A DNA stretch of 64,000 nucleotides. Origin: Opitutales bacterium. GTDB taxonomy: Bacteria; Verrucomicrobiota; Verrucomicrobiia; Opitutales; JABSRG01. A program made the translations under genes and the position numbers. The stretch spans positions 1 to 64,000 of the forward strand of contig JBMYOQ010000006.1 of assembly GCA_049599475.1 (NCBI GenBank), in the 5' to 3' direction. Of this stretch, positions 28,406-38,277 are shown in pieces. Position 1 is the first letter of the stretch, and each line of letters opens with the position of its first letter. The notes beneath the pieces are model-generated. The model was not told the DNA's origin and ran no database searches. It saw nothing but the letters and a program-made list of their open reading frames with translations.

Positions 28406-31400
28406 ATGGCTATGAAAATGTTTCCTCTCTTAATGTTAATATCATCGGTTCTCTCTGTTTTTGGAGCTTCTGAGCCGGGGACTTGGTCCGAGATTCAAAA
28501 GCTCGAGGGCTCATTCCCTACGGAGGGCGATCGTTTTGGCCACTCTTTGAGTATTGACGGAGACATCGTCGCGGTGGGAGCGCCTTATGAGAATGGCCGT
28601 GGCCGTGTCTATGTATATATCAGGTCAGGAAATAGTTGGTACCGTGATGCAGAACTTACTCCAAACGATGCCGAGCAGAACGATCAATTCGGTTGGAGTG
28701 TAAGCGTATACGGCGAGTCTATCCTTGTGGGCGCGAACGGTGGTGACTCTCGAGGCACTAAGAGAGGTAAGGCCTATATTTTTACTCGAACTAATGGAAT
28801 TTGGACGCAAGAGGCGGTTTTGACTGCTGGTGACGAGGCCGAATATAAAGGGTTTGGAGGAAGTGTGAGTCTCACGGCAGACACGGCAGTCGTTGGTGCG
28901 GAGCGGGATCCAGGATATTTAGGGTCTTACAATAGCCGAGGAAGCGTGTATATTTATCATAAATCCGATGGAATCTGGTATCAGGAAGAAAAGTTAGAAC
29001 CCTCTAGTTTAGATAGTTTTGATCAATTCGGCTCAAGCGTAAGTATCGAAGATGATATGCTTATTATTGGGGCGGAAGGTTTCGATGGAAATGGTGGAGC
29101 CAATGGCGGAGGCCTTTTCGTTTATCGATTGATTGATGGCGTCTGGATTCAAAAGCCAATTGAGTACGCGAGTGATCGAGCATCCAACGATGAGTACGGA
29201 CACAGTGTCAATATGGATGGAAACATTGCGGTGGTTGGAGCTTACGGAAATGATGATAATGGCTCAAGCAGTGGAAGTGCGTATGTCTTGATTTTTGTAA
29301 ATGGTGGCTGGAGTGAAATAGCCAAGTTGCTGGCCAATGATGGAGAGGCGGGTGATTACTTTGGGTACAGTGTTAGCGTCTATGGCGACACAATCATGGT
29401 CGGGGCCTACGGAGATGATGACAATGGATCAGAGAGTGGAAGCGTGTATATTTTCACAGAGATAGATGGTGTCTGGAGCCAGCAAGCGAAAATATATCCG
29501 GAAGATGGCGAGCAGAATCAATATTTTGGTCGATCAGTCGCTAATAGAGGAAATGTTTATGTTGCAGGCTCCTATTCTGAAGCCGCGTATGTTTTTGATT
29601 TTCAGTCTAGCCCGGCACCCTATGACCTCGAATTGTCATCGGATACAATCTTAGAAGGCCTGCAATCGGGGACATCAATCGGCTTTATTTCTGCCGAAGA
29701 TCCAAATGATTCAACCGGATTTGTCTTTGACCTGGTAGCAGGGGAAGGCGATGTGGATAATGCTTTGTTTAGTGTCGGAGGGGCTAGCGATGACGAACTC
29801 GTCTCCGCCGGTGTTTTTAATTACGAGACGCAGAGCAGTTACAGTATTCGGCTTCGTGTAACGGACGCTGATGGTAATAGCTACGAAGAGGCGTTTGTAA
29901 TCTATGTCGAGAATGTAGAAGAATCACCCGTTGCAGATGCAGGATCGTCGATACAGCTATTGGATCAGGATGGTGATGGCTTTGAGCCGGTTATTCTAGA
30001 TGGTAGCGCTTCGTTCGATCCTGAAGGTTTGATTGAGAGCTACGAATGGACTTGGGAGGGAGGCTCTATAACAGGAGTTAACCCGCTACTAAATCTTCCT
30101 GTGGGTAACACCCTTATAACATTAACAGTCACCGACGCGAGCGGGCTAACTTCAAGTGACACCGTTTGGGTTTATATCGATGCACAGCCTATCCCTAAGT
30201 TAAACCATGGGATTGTCTCAATTGTGAGTGGCGAGTGGCAGACGGTTACCTTGCCGGATACGTATGACTCGATGGTGGTTGTGGCTACTCCGATTTATGA
30301 AGGTGCTACATTGCCGCTGGTAGCTCGAGTGCGTAATGCTTTGGGAAATACATTTGAAGTGAAACTGCAGAATCCGTCAGGAGCTGTGGTGGCCGCCCCA
30401 CAGAGAGTATCTTACTTCGTGGTCGAAGAAGGTGTGTATGATTCAGTAAACTATGGATTCTCTTTGGAGGCTCATAAGGTAGAGCTTTCCACGGCTTCGA
30501 ATAAATATGTCGGCTGGAATAATCAGTTAAGTGTTGGCTATTCCAATACATACTCGAGCCCGGTAGTCTTAGGACAGGTTATGACTGAAAACGACGCGGC
30601 CTTCAGCGTGTTTTTCAGCGATGGAGGCGTCGTCGGAAATGTACCAAACTCGACGGATCTGCGCATTGGCTACCATACAGGAGAAGATTCTCTAACGACC
30701 CGAGCACCTGAGACGGTGGGTTATGTTGTGCTCAATTCAGGATTTTCAGACATCAACGGCGTGTATCTGCAGGCTGGTGTTTCTACTGATTCAGTGCTGG
30801 GTTATGGGAATAACCAACCTGACTTTTTAGAGATCGAGTTAGATGCTGAGAATGTTGTTACCTCATCCGCTGCTATGGATGGAGCCGATGGGGGATGGCC
30901 TGTTCTCTCTGGAAATGATGGGGCCGCTATCTATCCAGCATCAGTTGTCATCGACGAAGATCAGATCTCTGACTCGGAGCGGAGTCACACGACGGAGCAA
31001 GTGGCTTTTGTGGCGTTTGGGGATCCCGGTTATGGTCCGGCTGATCCGAAATTTCGCCAAGCGAATATCTTTGTCAGTGACGATTGGCAATTAGTCACTC
31101 TTCCTGAATCATACGAATCCATGATCGTACTCGGAACTCCGATCTATGGGGATGCTTCGATTCCAGCTGTAGTTAGGGTGCGCAATATTGGCCTGGATTC
31201 GTTTGAGATCCGTGTGCAGAATCCTTCTGGTTCCTTGATAGGAGATATTCCCGTTTCCATTGTCGTCGTGGAGGAAGGCGTATATACTGTGGAGCAGCAT
31301 GGCTTTAAGGCGGAAGCGCGTAATATTACGATCGATTCTGCTTCAGGGAAATTTGGGGGCTGGAATCATACTAAGGCCTTGAGCTATCGAAATAGTTATA

Positions 31401-33637
31401 ACGCGCCGGTGGTCTTAGGGCAGGTTACGACGAACAATAACGATGCGTACAGTGCATTTTTTGCAACAGGCAGTAATCAATCTTCGCCGCCGAGTTCTAG
31501 TGTGTTGAAAGTAGGATTCCAGATAGGTGAAGATCTTGATACAAATCGAGTTTCAGAAGCCGCGAGTATTCTTATCCTAGAATCCGGTCTTTTATCTTTG
31601 GGTGACTACCAATTGTTCTCTGGGCTTTCGGCTGATATCCTCCGCGGGTATAATAATTCTGTGGAGTCCATTCCTTTCAGCGGTGAGCTTGCGGAAGTAT
31701 CTGGAGCTCTGCTCGCATCGTCTGGTATGGACGGGGCTGACGGTGGTTGGCCTATCGTCTATGGATTGTCAGGTTTGACGAGCAGTGGTATTCAAGTGGT
31801 GATCGATGAAGATCAAATTAATGATACCGAACGCTCGCATACCACAGAGCAAGTAGCCTTTGTTGGCGTCGATTCTAGTTTTGCGGATTTCGACCTAGAT
31901 GGATTGACTAATTCGCTAGAGGAAACCCTTGGCTTGGATCCAACTAAGCCCGATAGCGATGGCAACGGTATCGTCGATCTAGAGGAAGATTCAGATGGTG
32001 ACTCGTTGACGAATAGCTGGGAATTGGCTTTGGGCTATGATCTTTCAAATCCTGATACAGATGGGAACGGAACCCCGGACAATGAAGAAGATGCGGATGC
32101 TGATGGTCTTCCAAACGATTGGGAAATCTGGAACTGGATGGACCCCCAGTATGCTCTCGACGCGACGGAGGATTTCGAACCGGATGGCTTGGACAACTTG
32201 CTAGAGTTTTACCTAGGAACGGACCCAAACAGTGAGTTTAGCTACGACGAGGTTGGCAACCCAGTGTATGATATCTCTCGTGACGATGATGGTGACTATT
32301 TGACTACGGAGTGGGAAATCATCCTAGGTTATGATGCACTAAGTTCTGATACAGATGGGAACGGAATCCCTGACAATGAAGAAGACGCGGATGCTGATGG
32401 TCTTCCAAACGATTGGGAAATCTGGAATTGGATGGACCCCCTGTATGCTCTCGACGCGACGGAGGATTTCGAACCGGATGGCTTGGACAACCTGCTAGAG
32501 TTCTACCTGGGAACGGATCCAAACAGCGAGTTTAGCTATGACGAGTTCGGGAACCCAGTGTATGACATCTCCCGCGACGATGATGGTGACTATTTGACTA
32601 CGGAGTGGGAAATCATCCTAGGTTATGATGCATTAAGTTCTGATACAGATGGGAACGGAATCCCGGACAATGAAGAAGATGCGGATGCCGATGGTCTTCC
32701 AAACGATTGGGAGATCTGGAATTGGATGGATCCTCTGTACGCTCTCGACGCGACGGAGGATTTCGAACCGGATGGCTTGGACAACTTGCTAGAGTTTTAC
32801 CTAGGAACGGACCCAAACAGTGAGTTTAGCTACGACGAGGTTGGCAACCCAGTGTATGATATCTCTCGTGACGATGATGGTGACTATTTGACTACGGAGT
32901 GGGAAATCATCCTAGGTTATGATGCATTAAGTTCTGATACAGATGGGAACGGAATCCCGGACAATGAAGAAGATGCGGATGCCGATGGTCTTCCAAACGA
33001 TTGGGAGATCTGGAATTGGATGGATCCCCTGTATGCTCTCGACGCGACTGAGGATTTCGAGCCGGATGGCTTGGACAACCTGCTGGAGTTCTACCTAGGA
33101 ACAGATCCAAATAGCGAGTTTAGCTACGACGAGTTTGGGAACCCAGTGTATGACATCTCTCGTGACGATGATGGGGACTATTTGACTACGGAGTGGGAAA
33201 TCATCCTAGGTTATGATGCACTAAGTTCTGATACAGATGGGAACGGAATCCCTGACAATGAAGAAGACGCGGATGCTGATGGTCTTCCAAACGATTGGGA
33301 AATCTGGAATTGGATGGACCCCCTGTATGCTCTCGACGCGACGGAGGATTTCGAACCAGATGGTCTGGACAACCTGCTAGAGTTTTACCTAGGAACAGAT
33401 CCAAACAGCGAGTTTAGCTACGACGAGTTCGGGAATCCTGTGTATGATATCTCCCGCGACGATGATGGTGACTATCTGACTACGGAGTGGGAAATTATCT
33501 TGGGGTATGATCCGCTTAACTATGACTCGGATGGAGATGGTATTTTCGATGATCTCGAAGATGAAGACGCTGATGGGGTATCAAACATTGATGAAATCCT
33601 GGCAGGGACTGACCCTCTCGATGAGCTTTCTTTCTAG
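28406..33637 (+). CDS. Large secreted adhesin/lectin-like protein: FG-GAP propeller, cadherin-like, PKD, two copies of a ~285-aa domain, acidic Ca-binding repeats
   Basis: Signal peptide; repeated FG(H/W/Y)SVS..GD..VGA; FNYETQSSYSIRLRVTD; LDGSASFDPEG..YEW; DxDxDG repeats. Confidence 0.85.
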   Translation: MAMKMFPLLMLISSVLSVFGASEPGTWSEIQKLEGSFPTEGDRFGHSLSIDGDIVAVGAPYENGRGRVYVYIRSGNSWYRDAELTPNDAEQNDQFGWSVSVYGESILVGANGGDSRGTKRGKAYIFTRTNGIWTQEAVLTAGDEAEYKGFGGSVSLTADTAVVGAERDPGYLGSYNSRGSVYIYHKSDGIWYQEEKLEPSSLDSFDQFGSSVSIEDDMLIIGAEGFDGNGGANGGGLFVYRLIDGVWIQKPIEYASDRASNDEYGHSVNMDGNIAVVGAYGNDDNGSSSGSAYVLIFVNGGWSEIAKLLANDGEAGDYFGYSVSVYGDTIMVGAYGDDDNGSESGSVYIFTEIDGVWSQQAKIYPEDGEQNQYFGRSVANRGNVYVAGSYSEAAYVFDFQSSPAPYDLELSSDTILEGLQSGTSIGFISAEDPNDSTGFVFDLVAGEGDVDNALFSVGGASDDELVSAGVFNYETQSSYSIRLRVTDADGNSYEEAFVIYVENVEESPVADAGSSIQLLDQDGDGFEPVILDGSASFDPEGLIESYEWTWEGGSITGVNPLLNLPVGNTLITLTVTDASGLTSSDTVWVYIDAQPIPKLNHGIVSIVSGEWQTVTLPDTYDSMVVVATPIYEGATLPLVARVRNALGNTFEVKLQNPSGAVVAAPQRVSYFVVEEGVYDSVNYGFSLEAHKVELSTASNKYVGWNNQLSVGYSNTYSSPVVLGQVMTENDAAFSVFFSDGGVVGNVPNSTDLRIGYHTGEDSLTTRAPETVGYVVLNSGFSDINGVYLQAGVSTDSVLGYGNNQPDFLEIELDAENVVTSSAAMDGADGGWPVLSGNDGAAIYPASVVIDEDQISDSERSHTTEQVAFVAFGDPGYGPADPKFRQANIFVSDDWQLVTLPESYESMIVLGTPIYGDASIPAVVRVRNIGLDSFEIRVQNPSGSLIGDIPVSIVVVEEGVYTVEQHGFKAEARNITIDSASGKFGGWNHTKALSYRNSYNAPVVLGQVTTNNNDAYSAFFATGSNQSSPPSSSVLKVGFQIGEDLDTNRVSEAASILILESGLLSLGDYQLFSGLSADILRGYNNSVESIPFSGELAEVSGALLASSGMDGADGGWPIVYGLSGLTSSGIQVVIDEDQINDTERSHTTEQVAFVGVDSSFADFDLDGLTNSLEETLGLDPTKPDSDGNGIVDLEEDSDGDSLTNSWELALGYDLSNPDTDGNGTPDNEEDADADGLPNDWEIWNWMDPQYALDATEDFEPDGLDNLLEFYLGTDPNSEFSYDEVGNPVYDISRDDDGDYLTTEWEIILGYDALSSDTDGNGIPDNEEDADADGLPNDWEIWNWMDPLYALDATEDFEPDGLDNLLEFYLGTDPNSEFSYDEFGNPVYDISRDDDGDYLTTEWEIILGYDALSSDTDGNGIPDNEEDADADGLPNDWEIWNWMDPLYALDATEDFEPDGLDNLLEFYLGTDPNSEFSYDEVGNPVYDISRDDDGDYLTTEWEIILGYDALSSDTDGNGIPDNEEDADADGLPNDWEIWNWMDPLYALDATEDFEPDGLDNLLEFYLGTDPNSEFSYDEFGNPVYDISRDDDGDYLTTEWEIILGYDALSSDTDGNGIPDNEEDADADGLPNDWEIWNWMDPLYALDATEDFEPDGLDNLLEFYLGTDPNSEFSYDEFGNPVYDISRDDDGDYLTTEWEIILGYDPLNYDSDGDGIFDDLEDEDADGVSNIDEILAGTDPLDELSF
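32052..33521 (+). repeat. Five tandem 294-bp (98-aa) intragenic repeats
   Basis: Units start at 32052, 32346, 32640, 32934 and 33228. Confidence 0.95.
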
Positions 33638-33883
33638 GGGGCAGAGTATGTTTTCTCCGGCCTGAGTATTGATTTAGGTCGGAGTTTTGGGGCTCGACTT
33701 GGGTTTGACCGTTTGGGTCCAATGTCTCCTCGTTGAGAATCAATATTCGATAATAACGTTAAGAAGCGCTAGTTTTTCTAACGATGGGTTTCGCACATGC
33801 GATCTTAGTATCGGAACGATCTGCTGTGCTTCCTGGTTTGCTAGGGGTGTGGTGGGTCATGATTCGACAACCTAATATAAACT

Positions 33884-35083
33884 ATGCGATTAAATCTTGT
33901 TTCGTGCGTCACTGCGCTTGGAGTGAGTTCCTCACTGTGCGCAATTGAATATGAAGACATTAATTTTAGTGGAACATTGAGTACCACTGTTTCCTATTCC
34001 ACTCAGTATCCGTTTTATACTGAAGAAGCGGATGAATGGGACTTAAAACATTGTAGAGTTTATCTACAACGGGATGTACCAGTTTGATAATGGCATTCAG
34101 GCTGGAGCCCAGATATATGCTTACACTCTCGATGGAGTCTCGGATATTACTCTGGATTGGGGTGGTGTGAGTTACCAGTTCAGTCCAGAATTCGGGGTGT
34201 CCGTGGGGCGTAATAAGATCTATAACGGTCTGCATAACCATACCCAGAATTTGGATGTTGTTCGCACCTTTGCGAGCTTGCCCTTTGGTCCCTATTACAA
34301 GGCACTACGGCCCATTACTTCGGCGATGGATGGAGTGTCGATCGGTGGGGTCTTGGATTTTGGTTCAGCGGGCTCCTTTGAGTATAACGTGAATGTGGGT
34401 TTTATCCCGGACGTCGGCGAGGATGCTTATATTTTCGTGGGTAGCTTGAATGACGAAACGATCACTGAAGGGTGGAACATCGAAGGTATCAATTTTTCGG
34501 TCTGGGGCGCGTGGAATACTCATGTAGACGGCCTCCGAGTCGGGGCGTCGTTTGCGCGTGTGCCAGATAGTAATATTCCCTCGAGATACGCATATACCAA
34601 TGAGCTTTCAGGGGTCGATTTGGCAACAGCTTTGGAGCAGGGTGCGTTCTATGCAAACTTGTTGGGCATACCGGGGCTGACTCCAGCGATGGCTTGGGAC
34701 TCTGTCTTAGCGGGGAACGATGCGGAGTTCTTTGGGCATGAGGGGGATGCTTATTTGAATGTTCCTGCATTTGGTATCATTAACCAAGAGACTCCTTTAT
34801 TCCTTCGCAATCATAGTATGCCGAGGCGGTTTACCAGTTTACTGATAAATTAGCTGGCGGACTCCGTTTTAGTGAGTGGGACTCAAATTATCAAAGATCG
34901 GGAGATGAAACTGAATCGATCACAGTCGCGACCAGCTACTGGTTCACCGACCATCTTCTCCTGAAGGCTGAAGCTCATTTCTTTGATGGGACGTCACTTG
35001 CTGGCTCTGCTGCGGTAAATACCGATACCAGCGCTAATGATTCATGGGAACACTTCGTGTTGAAGGCTACCCTTACATTCTAA
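33884..35083 (+). pseudogene. Disrupted outer-membrane porin
   Basis: Signal peptide; +1 frameshift at AAAA 34045-34048; second frameshift plus TAG at 34814; 3' frame ends ...HFVLKATLTF* (beta-barrel terminal Phe). Confidence 0.8.
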
Positions 35084-35102
35084 CTTTCAAGGAGACCCAT
35101 TA

Positions 35103-35516
35103 ATGAAATTAGTAGCTCTACTTTCTATTCTTACATTAGCATTTTCTGCGAACTTAGTTGCTGCGGATTATCTGTTGATTACGCATCCGTCCAATCCTGT
35201 TAACTCAGTGAGCGCGAAGGATGTGGAGTCTATCCTCTCGGGGCAAAATAACCGCTGGGAGTCCGGCAGTGCTGTGAGATTGGCCGTTTATAAGGGTGGC
35301 GATTTTCATGAAGCCACTATCAAGGCCTTAACTGGACGCTCTGGCAGCCAATTCAAGCGCTTTTGGAAGAAGCTCATTTTCACCGGTAAAGGCATCGCTC
35401 CCAAAGAACAGAAGGACGTTGCCGAGATGGTCGACTTTGTGACTTCTACTGAGAACAGCTTTGGTTATGTGCCTGCTGGGCAAGAGGGCTCAGCGAAAGT
35501 GCTAATTGTGAACTAA
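35103..35516 (+). CDS. Small periplasmic binding protein (phosphate-ABC-SBP-like)
   Basis: Signal peptide; ITHPSNPV, FWKKLIFTGKG, FGYVP. Confidence 0.8.
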   Translation: MKLVALLSILTLAFSANLVAADYLLITHPSNPVNSVSAKDVESILSGQNNRWESGSAVRLAVYKGGDFHEATIKALTGRSGSQFKRFWKKLIFTGKGIAPKEQKDVAEMVDFVTSTENSFGYVPAGQEGSAKVLIVN

Positions 35517-35546
35517 AACCGCTTTCAGCTGGCGATTTGCAATGAT

Positions 35547-35577
35547 AAGGGGCCCCTGGGAAACGGGCCCTTTTTTT
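35547..35577 (+). terminator. Intrinsic terminator
   Basis: GGGCCC-loop-GGGCCC followed by T7. Confidence 0.6.
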
Positions 35578-35745
35578 GGCCATCATCGAATGGATCCGCC
35601 GGAAATTTGCGAATGTGACCGTCTAATTGCCCCATCCCTTGGAAATTGGAGGCGAGCAGGGGTGAACTCAGGACAAGGCGAGGGACTTCTGAAAGCTTTC
35701 TGCTTTTATAGAAGGGAAGACTTTGCCCGGTGCCCCGGTTTTGCC

Positions 35746-36210
35746 TTAGCGTGTGAGATCGCCGCGAGTTAGGACGCGGATGCCGCAGGACTGAAGGACT
35801 TCGGTGCCCACGTCGGAGTCTTCGAGACGCATGACGAATGCGGTACTACCGCTCGGACGGCCGAGGAAAGGGTAGATATAGTGCAGGTTGACCTCTGCTT
35901 GAAGGAGGGCGCACGTTACCTTGTGGATGTCGGCGAGTTGATTCACTTCGACGGCGACCACTTCAACTTCATTGAACGTGAAATTCGATTTTCTGAGGAT
36001 CTCGCGGGCTTCTCTATGGTAGTCTACTACTATCCGAATGATGGCGCTGTCGGTCGTGTCGAGGACAGTCATCGCGAGAATGTGAAGGTCCGCATGTGTG
36101 ATCGCGCCAATGAGATCGTTTAGCTTGCCCACTTTGTTGTCTGCGTAGACGGAAAACTGCAGGATAGGGCCGAGGCTGGAATCTTTTCGAGTATTAGTTG
36201 ATACGCTCAC
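35746..36210 (-). CDS. Tandem ACT-domain protein
   Basis: QFSVYADNKVGKL...DTTDSAIIR...EVNLHYIY. Confidence 0.85.
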   Translation of the reverse strand: MSVSTNTRKDSSLGPILQFSVYADNKVGKLNDLIGAITHADLHILAMTVLDTTDSAIIRIVVDYHREAREILRKSNFTFNEVEVVAVEVNQLADIHKVTCALLQAEVNLHYIYPFLGRPSGSTAFVMRLEDSDVGTEVLQSCGIRVLTRGDLTR

Positions 36211-36426
36211 TTAGAAAATATTTAAAACAACCTGATTGTGAAAGATTTATGACTCTCTGGCAACGTTTGATCGTGTCAAGGAAGCGTAATAATTTCACCT
36301 TATCATCGTTTCGTATCCGTAACATAGGTGGCAAAACTGTGATTTTGCTGGCGCGCAATTGAAATAATTTTGACCCATTGAGTCGTAAGCCATAGCACAC
36401 TTGAATCTTTTGAAGGGCTAATTTCT

Positions 36427-37308
36427 GTGAAAAAATCGACGCTCAAATTCCGGACTATCTTCCTATCTGATATCCACCTCGGGACTCAGGATTGTAAGAT
36501 TGATGAGGTGAACCATTTTCTCAAGTTCACTCACTCAGAGAAGCTAGTGCTCAATGGTGACATTATAGATGGCTGGAGTCTGTCGCGCAAGGGTGGTTGG
36601 ACGAAGCCTCACACGCGTTGCATCCGCTTGATTTTGAAGAAGTTAGAGAAGCGCGATACGGACGTAATTTATACGCGAGGGAATCACGACGATATTTTAA
36701 CCCGCTTTTTGCCTCTTCAGCTGGATAATTTGCAGATCGTGGAAAGTCATATTCACCACGGCGTCGAAGGAGATTATTTAGTCGTCCATGGAGATGGATT
36801 TGATTCGATCACGACCAATCATAAGTGGTTGGCGGTTGTGGGAGATGTCGGTTATCAGACCCTCTTGAAAGTCAATCGGCTGTATAACAAGTATCGGGCT
36901 TGGCGTGGTAAAGAGTACTACTCGCTGAGTAAGGCGATCAAGGGTCGGGTGAAGTCAGCTGTGAACTTTGTCGGAAAATATGAAGAGCAGCTACAGATGC
37001 TGGCCGCGAAACACAATTGCCGAGGAATTATCTGCGGTCACATTCACACTCCCGCTAACAAGCACATTGGCGATGTGCACTACCTGAATTCAGGGGATTG
37101 GGTAGAATCTTTGACTGCGCTCGTGGAGCACTTTGATGGTTCCTTTGAAATCCTGACTTTCAAAGAGTTTGAGCGCAGAAGAATCGAGAAGCGCAAGAGC
37201 TTTGATAAGGAAGAGGTCATCGAAGACCTGGATCCGGTCGACGAGGATGAAGACGTCGAGATCGCAAAAACGATCCTACATGTGCAGGAATCATTGAAGG
37301 ACAGCTGA
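36427..37308 (+). CDS. Metallophosphoesterase (LpxH-like/PlcP-type)
   Basis: SDIHLG, NGDIIDGW, GNHD, HGD, CGHIH, NSGDWVES. Confidence 0.85.
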   Translation: MKKSTLKFRTIFLSDIHLGTQDCKIDEVNHFLKFTHSEKLVLNGDIIDGWSLSRKGGWTKPHTRCIRLILKKLEKRDTDVIYTRGNHDDILTRFLPLQLDNLQIVESHIHHGVEGDYLVVHGDGFDSITTNHKWLAVVGDVGYQTLLKVNRLYNKYRAWRGKEYYSLSKAIKGRVKSAVNFVGKYEEQLQMLAAKHNCRGIICGHIHTPANKHIGDVHYLNSGDWVESLTALVEHFDGSFEILTFKEFERRRIEKRKSFDKEEVIEDLDPVDEDEDVEIAKTILHVQESLKDS

Positions 37309-37527
37309 GCCATGTCGTTTGATGCGCCGAATGGCTAGGTGCACCGTGTTAGAATCGCTGTAAAAATATTTTTTATTTTTAGGCGATGTAATCTGCTTGC
37401 ACGGATGGTTTTGTGGAGTAGCTTTCACCACATAGCGCATCGATAAAGATGTCTCTCTCATCTGCGATTTTGTTAGCGGGAAGCCTCTCTCCCTATTTCA
37501 AATCGTCGTCACCCAAAATTCTCTCCG

Positions 37528-37998
37528 ATGAAGCGTGTTAGTTTACCGAAGCATGGATTCACCATGATCGAACTCATGATTGTAGTTGTGGTCATTGGTT
37601 TGCTTATAGCGATAGCAGTTCCTGCTTTCAGGAAGATTACTGAATCTTCGCGTATGGCCACTTTTATCAATGATTGTCAGGTGTTTGGAGGGGCAGCTCA
37701 GTATTATTTATTTGAATCGGGTGACGATGAGATTGAAGACGCCGGTAGCGGCGAATTGCCTGAAGACCTTGAAGGTTATATTCAAGAGTCGGCATTTGAG
37801 GGGCAGACCCCAATTGGCGGTCAATGGGATTTTGATGCCGATTACGGTTTTTCTGGAGTGGGAGCCGTCGGGTCTACACTTTCCCTCGACGCGTTGGCTC
37901 GTTTGGACGAAAGTTTCGACGACGGAGATTGGTCGACGGGTCAGATTCGCGTATTTGGCGCCGACCGTGTTTATCGTGTTTATTGGGTAATAGAGTAG
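37528..37998 (+). CDS. Prepilin-type N-terminal methylation domain protein
   Basis: HG|FTMIELMIVVVVIGLLIAIAVP. Confidence 0.9.
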   Translation: MKRVSLPKHGFTMIELMIVVVVIGLLIAIAVPAFRKITESSRMATFINDCQVFGGAAQYYLFESGDDEIEDAGSGELPEDLEGYIQESAFEGQTPIGGQWDFDADYGFSGVGAVGSTLSLDALARLDESFDDGDWSTGQIRVFGADRVYRVYWVIE

Positions 37999-38277
37999 TC
38001 GTTTATTCTGTTTTCTGCGGCTTGGTGTTGCGCTTGGTACTACCAGGTAAGCTATACCCGGAAAAACGAGTGGATTGCGTGATTCACATAGCAAAATTAG
38101 GATTTATCAGGCTCCTTTATTTGGGATTCAGAATTTTGTGCCGAATATATTTTCGTCTACTTGGGGCAGACAGAATTTCCATTGCGAGTCTGGCTGTTGG
38201 AAGATTCTAAACTTGGGACTGATTCCGGTTGAATTTCCGTCCTAAATTAGAATTTTGATCAACCAACCACCCCGCAC

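Noticed and set aside
31944..33404. Repeated 67-94-aa minus-strand ORFs
   Set aside because: Antisense shadows of the coding repeat.
32052..33521. CRISPR array or DGR template/variable repeats
   Set aside because: These are in-frame coding tandem repeats with no unique spacers. Variation is mostly synonymous and not adenine-specific, and there is no cas or reverse transcriptase gene in the window.
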